A stretch of 64,000 nt of DNA from Cyanophora paradoxa CCMP329. Its lineage: Eukaryota > Plantae > Glaucophyta. Position 1 is the stretch's first letter; each line of letters begins with the position of its first letter. Positions 1-10,305 of this stretch are shown here, one piece after another. Position numbers and translations under genes: made by a program. The notes under the pieces are model-generated. The model saw only the letters and a list, made by a program, of their open reading frames with translations, was not told the origin of the DNA and made no database searches. The stretch is taken from contig QPMI01000427.1 of assembly GCA_004431415.1 (NCBI GenBank), positions 1 through 64,000 on the forward strand, in the 5' to 3' direction.

Positions 1-90
1 GCAAAAAATGACAAGGGATTTAAGGGTAAGGTGTGTTTGATTGGTGAACCGGACAATTATTTTCTCGTCCCATTATAAGGAACATATCAA

Positions 91-317
91 ATGGAAACTG
101 AATCTGTGGTCGAATTCGAACTTGCAATAGCGAGGTGGATCCCAATGAGAGGAAAAGGTTGTATGACCGCTTGTATTTCCAGAAACGCTATCAAGATGAG
201 GAATTTCGAGAATTATATCGTAAAAAGGCACTGGAACGATATTATCGCAGGAAAGCTGCTGAGATGGATCCCAATAATCCAGTGAAACGCCCAGTAGGTC
301 GTCCAGAAATACTGAAC
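91..317 (+). CDS. Small basic protein with C-terminal AT-hook-like motif (frameshifted as given)
   Basis: METESV... (91) continues after a shift into RLYFQKRYQDEEFRELYRKKALERYYRRK, matching 18131-18352 (RYNDDPEYRELKKKKALEYYYRRK...RGRPRKY). The sequence ggtcgtccagaaatactga restores GRPRKY-stop if two A's are added. Confidence 0.6.
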
Positions 318-505
318 CGCCCCAAGTCCCAGATATCCGCTGAATCCTTTTTGTTACCATGATCAATCGACTTTTCGATGGATCATTACCATACATCGAG
401 CGCCAATCGGAGAACCCAAAGGTATTTAAAGGTTAGGCGCCAAAAATGACAAGCGACCGGAGAAATTAATTTCTCCATTAAGGATAAGAAGCCCCGATTG
501 TTGAA

Positions 506-2840
506 ATGAACGCTGCCGCCAAGAAATCCCTGAACGCCTTGTTGAATGGCTTCGTGAAGACGATGTCCTGTCTGAGAATATCGTTATTCTGTTGATCCTG
601 TACCAAAAAGCCACTTTTCGCTCATAAAGACGGAACCTGGTCTTGGGATAAATTCGATGAAGCCCTGAAATCCGGTAAATATACTGCTTGGGGCATTCTC
701 GCTCGTAATATCTGGTAATTGACTTCGACCAAGAGGAGGATTTCGCAAATTCGAGGAGCAATTCCTGATGATTTCGGTGGTGTTAATCCTCTTGCTAAAC
801 AAAAAGGATATCATGCATTCTTCGCTCGACCTGCTGAATTCGACACATTAAGATCTGGGATAAAGCGGGTGCATTCAAAGGAAACCCCAAGATCGACTGC
901 AAAACGATTGCATCCACTGGGACTGCTGGGGTGATTAATGTTTGCCCCAGTCCCAACAAAACATGGATCAGAGAGCCATGGGCATCTGAGTGTGAGTTAA
1001 TGAACCCACTGCTGAGTTGCAAAAGTGGATTGTTGAAACTACGAATTCCCCAAAGGTGCACATTCTTATTATGCAAGGTGCGCTGAGGAGAATTTGCAGA
1101 AACATATTCTTTCTAAACTCGAAGAATTCGGTTTCATCTTGCCACAATCATCAATGAGACCAAGATGGGATACAATTTCACTGCTGAGAACAAAGGTCTG
1201 GTCTGTCCCTGCTGCAAGGGAAGCCATGACTCAAACAATTGGTATATTATTCAAGGGAAGGAGAAAGACAAATATATGTTTCGAGTTACAGTGCAAACTG
1301 CAAGAAGCGACTTATCACAATTCGTGTGAAGGAAGAGACAGATGCGAATATCGAAAATCTGATTGATCGGTCTGCTGGATCTGATGGTGCCCATTATGAT
1401 GTTGCACAGGTTGCCTATCTTGTTCTGCAAGACAAATACAAGTATTCCAACAAGACCTGGTTCAAGTTCAATGATGTATGTGGGATTTGGGAGATGGATG
1501 AAACTGGGAAGCGAATCTTTCTCTGTTTGAGCTGCAAGGTCTGTCCAGTTTATCTTCACGTTCTGTTCAACTCGCACAGAGAGCTCTTCGTGATGAAGAG
1601 AACCGCAATTCCTTGGAGGAAAGGTCAAAGATTCTGCTGGGAATTGCTAAGAGCCTCAAACAGACTACATACAGAACTGCACTTATGTCTGATCTTTCAG
1701 TTCTGTTCAGTGACAAGACCTTTTTCGAGAGACTTGATACTGTTCCCAACATCATTGGTTCACAAATGGTGTATTTGACTTGAACTCCATGACTTTTCGA
1801 CAGGGACTCCCATATGATATGGTGAGTAAGACTGTTGGCTACGATTACACCACAGAAATTGACCAAGGAAGGTGCAAAGATTAAATCCATCTATGCAGAT
1901 ATTATTGAATCGGATACAGACCGCGAATTCATGCTGGGATTAATCGCCTATGCCCTGAGTGTTTGACAGAAAATCAGAGATACACTTGCTGGACTGGAAT
2001 TGAGCAATGGGAAATCACTGCTCCAAGAGTTGGTGAAAGACACATTTGGTGAGTATTATGGGTCACTGGACATGACATATTGACTAAACCCAAGAAGAGT
2101 TCGTCAGAGGCTTCCCCAGAACTCGCTTGCATTCTTGGTAAACGAATTGTTTTCAGTAATGAAGCAGAAGATGGTGATATGCTTCAACTGAACAAAATCA
2201 AACAGGTTACTGGTGGGAATGAGATGAAGGTTCGAGCTCTTTTCAAAGATCTTGTTACATTCATTCCATGTTCCAGTTGTTCTTGTCCACAAATGACAAC
2301 CTGGGAATCAGTAAACAGATGCAGCAATCCAAAGGCGAATTATCTACTACCGATTCGAAAATGTCTTCAAGGTCGATCCTCAGCCTGGTGAGAAGAAAGC
2401 AGACACCACTCTAATGCGCCTAATGAAGAATGATGACGATTATAAAATGGCGCATATGTCCATTCTCCTGAAATGTGGAGAACCCATTCTCTCAATGAAT
2501 TCGTCACCAAACCACCCCAGTCCATTGTTGATCAAGGTGTTGAATATTTCAATGAGAATGACAAGATTGGAGAATGGATTCGTGAGAGTTATGAACTCAC
2601 AAGAGTCAAGGGATTTCGCCACAAGTGAGTCCATTATCAGTCACTTTAAGATGGATCACATGGGCAAATCTGATGAGAAATCACAGAATGCACTATCTTG
2701 AAGAGACTTCGCGAAGTCTTTAATGTGAAGGCTGAGAGAAAGCGAGTCAATGGTGTTCTTGCTCGTGGCTACTTTGGGATCAAAAAGAAGCATAGTCGCA
2801 AGTTGGTGGATGACAGTGATGTTGAAGTGGGGATGAGTAA
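506..2840 (+). pseudogene. Primase-polymerase / D5-like SF3 helicase, multiply frameshifted
   Basis: Fragments in several frames match 15534-17948: KGYHAFFARPAEFD, GTAGVINVCPSPNKTW, CPCCKGSHDSNNW, SDGAHYDVA, degenerate Walker A near 1990-2015, SPELA..GKRIVFSNEAEDGD, KQVTGGNEMKVRALFKD. Confidence 0.85.
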
Positions 2841-2930
2841 ACAAAACAGAATCGATTCTAATACTGATTGAATTTCTTATTTTTTAAAAACCTTACTGTA
2901 AATGGTTTGTGTGACAGCTGTGACACCTTT

Positions 2931-3050
2931 TTAATTGAGTGTGACGCTGTGACGCCTGTGACGCCTACTTTCAAACTTTTTAAAATTTCAAAAATCTACA
3001 AACCTCTGAAAACAGGTGTCACAGGCGTCACAGGCGTCACACCCAATTAA
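2931..3050. repeat. Iteron-containing inverted repeat (candidate replication origin of element A)
   Basis: Arms ttaattgagtgtgacgctgtgacgcctgtgacgcctactttca (2931-2973) and its near-perfect reverse complement (3007-3050), each with three TGTGACGCC-type units. Lies about 90 bp after the helicase stop. Confidence 0.8.
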
Positions 3051-3191
3051 CCACAGACTCCCCCTGTGGGTCGATGACTTTTTCGATTCTTTATCGGACA
3101 ATATAAAAACGTATCGTAAATCGGTGTGTTTTGACAAAAATTGACTGGCGATTTAAGGATCATTGCGTTTTCCCTTTGACTTTGACAGAAC

Positions 3192-3383
3192 ATGGATTAT
3201 TTCGACGAAATTCAGCGGCAGCTGGTCGAAAAGAATGATATTGCAGAGGTAGCGGAATATATTGCAAAGATCAGAGCCAGTAATGGTAGACCATATCAAA
3301 AGAAGCGATTCCATGCAAGCAGACTTGACACAGTAAATGTATATGTCCCCAAAGGCACGAATGTGCGAATCATTAGAACCTGA
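3192..3383 (+). CDS. Small hypothetical protein (63 aa)
   Basis: ORF between the palindrome and polB, preceded by AAAATTGA (3137-3144) and ATTTAAGG. Occupies the same slot as the small ORFs at 14527-15182 in element B. Confidence 0.5.
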   Translation: MDYFDEIQRQLVEKNDIAEVAEYIAKIRASNGRPYQKKRFHASRLDTVNVYVPKGTNVRIIRT

Positions 3384-3439
3384 AAAATGCGAAATGCGTT
3401 CAAATTGCCCAAAAATAATATGTTCCCTTAAAGTAAAAG

Positions 3440-6400
3440 ATGCCCCGCCAATCCAATAGAATCATCAAAGAGAAGAAAAACGAAATACTCGGTCTTTTAG
3501 GAACCCTTTTAGTCACTGGTGATATTACAGAATTTGAATATGATCGCCAGGCAGCAGTCTTGGACAGAAGACCAAGATTATCTCAACTCACAGAAATTAC
3601 AAATCGCCTCTATGATCGTTTTGAGAAAATGGAGGAATTCAGGGATGAAGGTTTAAGGTTGGGAACAATTGAACCCGAGATTGAAGATGGGGAAGCCATG
3701 AACAAAGCATATTCCTGGTTAACCTATCGAGCCAGAGGGGAGGTTATCCAAGATGGGATTGAATTCTTGGAGAGAATTGCACCTACTCTACCTCAGAGAC
3801 TCAGACAGAAACTCCAAGACCTGAGAGCAATTAAAACTCGGTTGACCTTCATTTGTAAATTCACCAAAGTGAGTGATCCCAGGGTGTGGATCACGAAATT
3901 CATTTACAGTGATTACTTTGTCATCACAAGATCACGAAATATTGATGTTGAACTGCGAAATGCCCTTCAATCCATGCAGGAGCAGATGATGCAGGTGGAC
4001 AGTTACAGACTGGATCGCATTGAGATGCTGAGAGTGGTAATAATGTCTTATGCTCCTGTGGGTGGTTGCTTCTTCTCAACACCTGAGTGGATTGGATCAA
4101 AGAGAGCAACTGTGAATGTGAAGAATATTGATGGTCAAGACTGCTTCAAGTATGCAATCTTGGCTTACCTGCACCGAAATGATATTAATAAACACAAGAG
4201 CAATGAACCCAGCCAGTATAGAAGATGGTTAAACGAACTCAATTTCGAAGGCATCCAGTTTCCAGTTGCCTGTGATGCAGAGGTTATTGATCGATTTGAG
4301 GAGCAGAACCCTGAACTGAGTATCAACATTTATGGTGCAGATAATCAAGCACAGTGTTTCTATCCTCTCCATCAATCCAGCAACCCCAGGAGAAAGACCA
4401 AGATTAACCTTTTATTAATCGAAAACGAAGAGGATGATAGAGGGCATTATATCACCATCATGTCTCTGAGTAGACTTCTGAAAACCACCTTTGATAAAGC
4501 CCATGATGGTCGCATTTATTACTGTGAGACCTGTCTGTCTCGTTTCAGAACTCAGGAGAAGCTGGATGTTCATATAGAAGCGAATCGCTGCATTGATTGG
4601 AGGGAGAGCAAAGGTAAATGCCCGAAATCTGGAAGTCACATTGCATTTGGGCTTCAACACCTTCGCAAAACTGTGTGGCTTCCCACTATCTGCTATGTAA
4701 AAATGGACAGTCACTCGGTTCCAATTGATGAGAACCGCAGTAAAAGAGAGGTCAAATCGGTTTCTTTAACAGTTGTGATGGGGGATAAGGTGATCTCTCA
4801 TTATTTCGAGGGATCAGATCCACTTGGTGCTCTGTTTACCACTCTCACAGAGATCAGACCCCAAGTAATCCGCACTCTATTCACCAATATTCCAATGCAC
4901 CCACTCACAGAGGAGCAGAAAGCACAATACAAGATCACTAAACACTGTTATATCTGTGCTGAACGATTTACCCATGAGAATTTCCCAGTGAGAGACCACT
5001 GTCATCAATCAGGAGCATTTATTGGGAAAGCATGCCGAAATTGCAACCTCCACAGGAGAATCTCAAAGCAAACCAAGGTAGCAATTGTGGTGGATCACAT
5101 GGATGAATGTGGACACGAAATATTCCGCAAAATTGCACAGCAAGATGATAAACTTCGTGTTGAGATCCTGAGCAAGAATTTCGACCAATACCTCTCCCTG
5201 CAATGGGGCATGTGGAAATTCATAGATGCTTCGCACTTCATGGACTTCCAGGCAGTGGATGCAAGTGATCTAATGGGTAAATTCCAGACTTTCCGAGAAT
5301 TGGCGTTCTCACAATATGGATTGGATCCTGCTCATTATGTTTCGGCTCCTGGATTATCCTGGGATGCAATGCTAATTTATACCAGAGCAAAGATTGAGCA
5401 GATCAGTGATGTAGGGCAATACGAATTTATTGAGAGGGCAATTCGAGGTGGGTTTGCTACAATGCCTACTCGATATGCAAAGGTGGAAAACCCAGATGAC
5501 CATATAGTTCTCTTGGATGCAAATAATCTGTATGGTTATGCTCTCAGTCAAGAACTGCCCACTGGCGATTTTCGGTGGGAAGATGTCACAGAGGCACTTA
5601 AAGAGACCCCTGGACGAAGTGCCTTTATTGAAGTAGACCTGGAATACCCACAAACTCTCACAGATCATTACGATTTTCCACTTGTAGTGAATAAAGAACA
5701 AATCACCACCGAAATGCTGGGTGAGTATCAACGAAAACTACTGGATATCACAGGTGAGAAGATAAGCAAAGACCCCAAACTCACAGCAACATTCACACCC
5801 AAAAACAACTATGTGATCTCCCAACCTCTCTTGGTCTATCTTGTGAGCAAAGGTATTATAATTAAGAAGGTTCACAGGGTTCTCTCATTTGCAACCTCTG
5901 CATTCATGAAGAGTTATATTGATCTAAATACGAAACTGAGGCGCCAATCTATGTCCAGATTCGAGAGTGACTTCTTTAAGTTAATGAACAATGCAATCTA
6001 TGGTAAATGCCTCGAATCATGCAGGGGTCGATCTGTGGTGAAGATTGCTAATAGTGAGAAACTCTGCAAGAAATATGCTGCAAGTCCACTCATCAAGGCG
6101 ACCAATGTATTAAACGAAAATGCTGTTGCCTTTGAGATGTATTCCAAGCATGTTCACTTAGATAAACCAGTTGCAATTGGGGCTTTTGTGCTGGATTTTG
6201 CGAAACTCCATAATAGCAGGTTCTTTTATGATGTGGTGAGGAGAACTTGGGAAACAGCAGAGCTACTATTCCATGATACAGATTCTTTCTGTCTACTGCT
6301 GCATACCAATGATCTAAATAATGAGATGAAGCGAATTTCTGAACACCTGGATTGCAGTAATTATGATCCTGCTCACCCTCTCTTTGATAGGAGCAATCGT

Positions 6401-6721
6401 TTGATTCCAGGTAAATATAAAAACGAGTTTCCCAATGCAAAGATTGTGGAGTATGTAGGTCTGAGATCGAAACTCTATGCTTTCAGAACTGAGACCTTTG
6501 ACAAAATAAAAATGTCTGGAACCTCCTCAAAAGAGGTTTACTTTGATGATTTCAAGAGATGCCTGTTTGAAGGCATCACCAAAACAGTAGCAGTAGTAAA
6601 CAAGCGAAGGCAAGACCACAACCTATATGATTTGGAGAGCAGAAGGGTGGCTCTAAACCAACTCGATAGCAAAAGGAAGATATTAGACGATGGAATTCAC
6701 AGCATTCCATTTGGGCTCTAA
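3440..6721 (+). CDS. polB: Protein-primed family B DNA polymerase (Polinton/PLV type; TP-vOTU-ZnF-EndoVII-like insertion-Pol)
   Basis: Intact 1093-aa ORF. Pol motifs LLDANNLYGYAL, KLMNNAIYGK, FHDTDS, GLRSKLYAF; OTU-like DCFKYAI...GHY; C2H2 YCETCL...H; EndoVII-like CYIC...VRDHCH..G.....C..CN. Confidence 0.95.
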   Translation: MPRQSNRIIKEKKNEILGLLGTLLVTGDITEFEYDRQAAVLDRRPRLSQLTEITNRLYDRFEKMEEFRDEGLRLGTIEPEIEDGEAMNKAYSWLTYRARGEVIQDGIEFLERIAPTLPQRLRQKLQDLRAIKTRLTFICKFTKVSDPRVWITKFIYSDYFVITRSRNIDVELRNALQSMQEQMMQVDSYRLDRIEMLRVVIMSYAPVGGCFFSTPEWIGSKRATVNVKNIDGQDCFKYAILAYLHRNDINKHKSNEPSQYRRWLNELNFEGIQFPVACDAEVIDRFEEQNPELSINIYGADNQAQCFYPLHQSSNPRRKTKINLLLIENEEDDRGHYITIMSLSRLLKTTFDKAHDGRIYYCETCLSRFRTQEKLDVHIEANRCIDWRESKGKCPKSGSHIAFGLQHLRKTVWLPTICYVKMDSHSVPIDENRSKREVKSVSLTVVMGDKVISHYFEGSDPLGALFTTLTEIRPQVIRTLFTNIPMHPLTEEQKAQYKITKHCYICAERFTHENFPVRDHCHQSGAFIGKACRNCNLHRRISKQTKVAIVVDHMDECGHEIFRKIAQQDDKLRVEILSKNFDQYLSLQWGMWKFIDASHFMDFQAVDASDLMGKFQTFRELAFSQYGLDPAHYVSAPGLSWDAMLIYTRAKIEQISDVGQYEFIERAIRGGFATMPTRYAKVENPDDHIVLLDANNLYGYALSQELPTGDFRWEDVTEALKETPGRSAFIEVDLEYPQTLTDHYDFPLVVNKEQITTEMLGEYQRKLLDITGEKISKDPKLTATFTPKNNYVISQPLLVYLVSKGIIIKKVHRVLSFATSAFMKSYIDLNTKLRRQSMSRFESDFFKLMNNAIYGKCLESCRGRSVVKIANSEKLCKKYAASPLIKATNVLNENAVAFEMYSKHVHLDKPVAIGAFVLDFAKLHNSRFFYDVVRRTWETAELLFHDTDSFCLLLHTNDLNNEMKRISEHLDCSNYDPAHPLFDRSNRLIPGKYKNEFPNAKIVEYVGLRSKLYAFRTETFDKIKMSGTSSKEVYFDDFKRCLFEGITKTVAVVNKRRQDHNLYDLESRRVALNQLDSKRKILDDGIHSIPFGL

Positions 6722-6904
6722 TCTACTTCATTGATCTTTCTTTTTCTTTGGTTTCGCTCTCCAAGAAGTAACAAACCGCGAATTAAATGCAGCAGCCATA
6801 TACATCTTAATCCTGGATCATTGGGCTCAATTGCAAAGTAGTTGGGAATTGTGTTCTCCTTCCACACAGAGTCTTGCATTTATTATATGAGAGATAAGGT
6901 AAAG

Positions 6905-7525
6905 ATGCCTTCTACACAAATAGGATTGAGACAACCACCAAGAATTGTGAGAAAAGAGGCAATTGAAGATCGAGGGAATATTCTGCCCATCACAGTTCCA
7001 GTGGAGGAGAAGAGCAGTCGAATATTGAAAAGATCAGAGATGGTCAAGCAATTAATCCCAGAGACCCTCCCAGCTGAGACAGCACCAAAAGAGTCGAAGA
7101 TTGCTAAGAAGTTCTATGATCCCAGGACAGGCTACAAGGGATTTACTGCAATGAGACAGGAACTACCAGAGGAGAACTACAAGAAGATGAGAGAGTGGTA
7201 TGATAAGCAGGAGGTCGTCCAGATTAATGCACCCACCCTATCTCGAAAAAGAGATCCCATGATTCCAATTAGGCAACCCCTTGATACCTATGTGATTGAT
7301 CTGCTCTTCTTTCCTGCATACAAAAAGCAGAATGATGGTTATGATACATTTATGAGTGCAATGGAATCAACCCTGAGAACAGGGTTCATAATTCCAATGA
7401 GAGACAAAAGTGCTCTCACTGCTCTTGCAGCATTCAAGCAACTTGAACAGAGAGTCCCCAGACCAATTGTTCGCATTCAGAGTGACAGTGGAAGCGAGTT
7501 TACCAATGTGTTATTAGAAGAAGTG
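6905..7525 (+). pseudogene. rve (DDE) integrase, 3'-truncated
   Basis: Homologous to 8800-10242 (FYDPRTGYKG, QEVVQINAP, YVIDLLFFP, IQSDSGSEF). Similarity stops just after the second catalytic Asp, where the terminal repeat of element B begins; the catalytic Glu is missing. Confidence 0.9.
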
Positions 7526-7829
7526 GAAAACTACACATTTAATACCAAAACTACGCAACTACGCAACTTTCTGAAAAAGTTTGAGAGTAGGGGGGGAAAA
7601 AAATTAGAAAAGTGAAAAAGTTGCGTAGTTGCGTAGTTTTGGTATTAAAAGCGTAGTTTGCGGTATTAATTTGCGTAGTTTAACATAGGTAGTTGAGTAG
7701 TTTAAAGTAGTTTTTATTAATTATAAAGTAGTTTATTATTTATCTTATTGTTATCAGTCTGAGACTCTATGAAAATCGATTGACCTTAGTGTGAAACAGT
7801 GCGCCCCGCCCACTATGCAAGATACATGC
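7526..7829 (+). repeat. Left terminal inverted repeat (probably truncated on its outer side)
   Basis: Reverse complement of 30735-31038 by visual alignment (gaaaactacacatttaataccaaaac...cactatgcaagatacatgc). Confidence 0.92.
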
Positions 7830-8139
7830 ACACTACGTACATGCGAGTTCTATGAAAACAATAACGATTTAGTCATGTATATATTTCGTATATATGTCCG
7901 ACCCTCCGTGTGTGTGATCCCGCACAACTTTGACTTTTTTAGTTGTTTTTTGGCTTTTCCGCATATGACGACATATACATATATATACCGGCGTCACCGA
8001 CATATTCGGCGTCATCGCATTGCGGCGAGTCCGAAAACGTATAGCATGCCACAAAGTAGTTTTTTATGTGTTTTTCGATCGATCGACCAATCGCGGATGT
8101 GAACCGACTGTTTTATTTTATTTAATTTATCATTCATGG

Positions 8140-8225
8140 GTGACAGGGGGGATACCGGTTAAGGTGACAGAACGTGACAGGGGGGATACCGGTTAAGGTG
8201 ACAGAACGTGACAGGGGGGATACCG
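8140..8225 (+). repeat. 34-bp tandem repeat (2.5 copies)
   Basis: gtgacaggggggataccggttaaggtgacagaac units start at 8140, 8174 and 8208. Confidence 0.9.
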
Positions 8226-8378
8226 TAAAGGTGGCATTTTGTGGACATTTGTGGACATCGGGGCTACCGGGTTTGTGGTCATTTTGTGGACAAATTGCGA
8301 ACAAAAACTTGAATGCATATATATGTGTATATGACTGACCAGCCGCTGAGCGACTGACCGGCTTGCAAGTTGCAATTT

Positions 8379-8432
8379 CCCGAGTTCCGAGTCCCGAGTC
8401 CCGAGTCCCGAGTCCCGAGTCCCGAGTCCCGA
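8379..8432 (+). repeat. Heptamer tandem repeat (CCCGAGT)n
   Basis: About 7 consecutive CCCGAGT units. Confidence 0.9.
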
Positions 8433-8799
8433 CTCGATAACACCGGCGATCGCGACTCGGCGGCGACCCCCCCTCTCGTTATCCGGGCGTAACTTTTGAC
8501 AGCAAGCCGATCTCGGCGCGCTCTCAATTGCTACGTGCTCGTAACTTGCTTCCGGGCATGTTGGTGCTAGTTTGACTAGCTTAGTCGCCGGGCGCGCAAA
8601 ACCCCAGTTCGACATATTGACGGGTGCCAAAAACCGAGGTGTCCCCTACGTCGTGCGCGCCGGCGCGCGTTCTCGTGCGTTTCCACTAGTCATACTTTGC
8701 ATCCGCGCGCGTATAGAGTAGTTCTACACTACTACAAAGCGGCGCGGTCTGATTCGCAAAGCGCGCGATTTGGCGGCTACGAAAGCACCGCGGCGCCTA

Positions 8800-10242
8800 C
8801 TACTTGCGTGGTCTCAGAGTCGCTTTTCGATCGCCATTAGCTACCGGCGCTACCGTTGCTACTTTTCTACTACTTCTTAATGTAGCTTTGGTTTCCGGCG
8901 CTTTGTAGCTCTCAGTTTGATTAGAGAACGACTTATACCATCGTTGGCTATTCACTCCGCCGGACAGCTTAGGCTCGGCGGCTGTTACTAGCCGCTGTAA
9001 TTCTTTATTTACTCGTTTCTCTTTTTGCACGCGATCCTCTAATAGAGTGCCTTGCGGCACAGTCGCGGCGGCTTCTATGCCCTCTCTACGCAATTGCGCA
9101 TCGACGCGCGCCTCGTCCTTTGCCGCCTCTAATGCATCTACTGTGGGCGCCATTAGGTAATCGACCGCCTGAACCGGTAAAAGCTCGTGGAAGGCAAAGC
9201 GACCCTCTACGCGATTGCCGTCCGGATCAGTTAGCATAAACTTATAGCCCTCGCGCGCGGCGACAGTATATACGATTCGGCTCCAATTGTTACCGCCCTT
9301 AGCGAATGGCGTCTTCTCGATGCGTAGCCTTACTGACATGCCCGGCTGAATCTGATCCAAATAAGCTATCGATTTCTTGAATTTCGCATCTTCTTTTTGC
9401 ACTATAAGCTTATAGTGACTCTCGTTGGTCTCGGCGGGCATATAGCCGGTCGCAGAGTGCACCGTATTATTATAATTATATTCCAGAGACGAAAGGACAT
9501 CTATAAATCGCGCCGTATTATTCGCGATGCAGTAGCTCGTGATCAGCCGCCGCATTTGCTTGTTAAATGCTTCTATGCGCCCTTGCGCGCGATGGTCGGC
9601 TGTGTCCGCTATCTGATGCTCGATAAACTGATTCTCGAAATATTTGCGCATAATATCATTGCGGAATTCGCTTCCCGCATCGCTTTGCACTTTGAAAATT
9701 GGTCTCGGCGCCTTATTTTGCAGCTGTATAAAGGCGGCTAAGGTCGACGCCGCGGACTTATCCCGCATCGGGATAATGAACCCGACCCGTAATGTGTTCT
9801 CCATAGCCGTGAGAAAAGCACTGTAATTATCATTATACTTCGAGTAAGCGGGAAAGAATAGCAGATCAATTACGTAGGTATCGAGAGGCTGTCGGATCGG
9901 TATAGCCGGGTCTCGTTTGCGGGATAGGTGCGGCGCATTAATCTGAACGACCTCTTGCCGGCTATACCACTCTTGCAATTTCTTATAATTCTCGTCGGGC
10001 AGCTCTTGCCGTAGCTTAGTGATCCCTTTGAAACCGGTTTGCGGATCGTAGAATTTACGCGCGATTTTCGATTCCTCCGGGACAGCAAGGGCTACGGGCA
10101 CGTCGCGGGGCACCAAAGCCTTTAAATCAGACCGCTTTACTATGCGGCTCTCTTTATTCTCTTTGGGCACGGGGATCGGCAATGTGCTCCCCTCTAAATC
10201 TTGCGATCGTCTTACTATTGGCGGTCTTGACATCCTTGTCAT
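8800..10242 (-). CDS. rve (DDE) integrase, Polinton type
   Basis: Triad YVIDL / QSDAGSEF / GRIEAFNK; YNNTVHSATGYMPA; C-terminal SH3-like PGMSVRLR...FAKG..NWSRIVYTV...GRFAFHELLPV; basic tail. Start chosen by homology with copy A. Confidence 0.93.
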   Translation of the reverse strand: MTRMSRPPIVRRSQDLEGSTLPIPVPKENKESRIVKRSDLKALVPRDVPVALAVPEESKIARKFYDPQTGFKGITKLRQELPDENYKKLQEWYSRQEVVQINAPHLSRKRDPAIPIRQPLDTYVIDLLFFPAYSKYNDNYSAFLTAMENTLRVGFIIPMRDKSAASTLAAFIQLQNKAPRPIFKVQSDAGSEFRNDIMRKYFENQFIEHQIADTADHRAQGRIEAFNKQMRRLITSYCIANNTARFIDVLSSLEYNYNNTVHSATGYMPAETNESHYKLIVQKEDAKFKKSIAYLDQIQPGMSVRLRIEKTPFAKGGNNWSRIVYTVAAREGYKFMLTDPDGNRVEGRFAFHELLPVQAVDYLMAPTVDALEAAKDEARVDAQLRREGIEAAATVPQGTLLEDRVQKEKRVNKELQRLVTAAEPKLSGGVNSQRWYKSFSNQTESYKAPETKATLRSSRKVATVAPVANGDRKATLRPRK

Positions 10243-10305
10243 CAGACAATAAAAAAGATCAATGTAACATTTTACATGCAAGAGGCAATAGAAGGTTTTG
10301 TTTGT

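Larger units (their letters stand above)
1..7525 (+). mobile_element. Endogenous Polinton-like virus element A (partial; replication/integration module only in window)
   Basis: Co-linear homologues of element B genes (small AT-hook gene, primase-helicase, palindrome, pPolB, integrase) in the same order but opposite orientation. Left part lies outside the window; right end is truncated inside the integrase. Confidence 0.85.

Noticed and set aside
8140-8432. Possible CRISPR array or telomere seed
   Set aside because: Pure tandem repeats without unique spacers, no cas genes, and CCCGAGT is not a recognised telomere unit at a sequence end.
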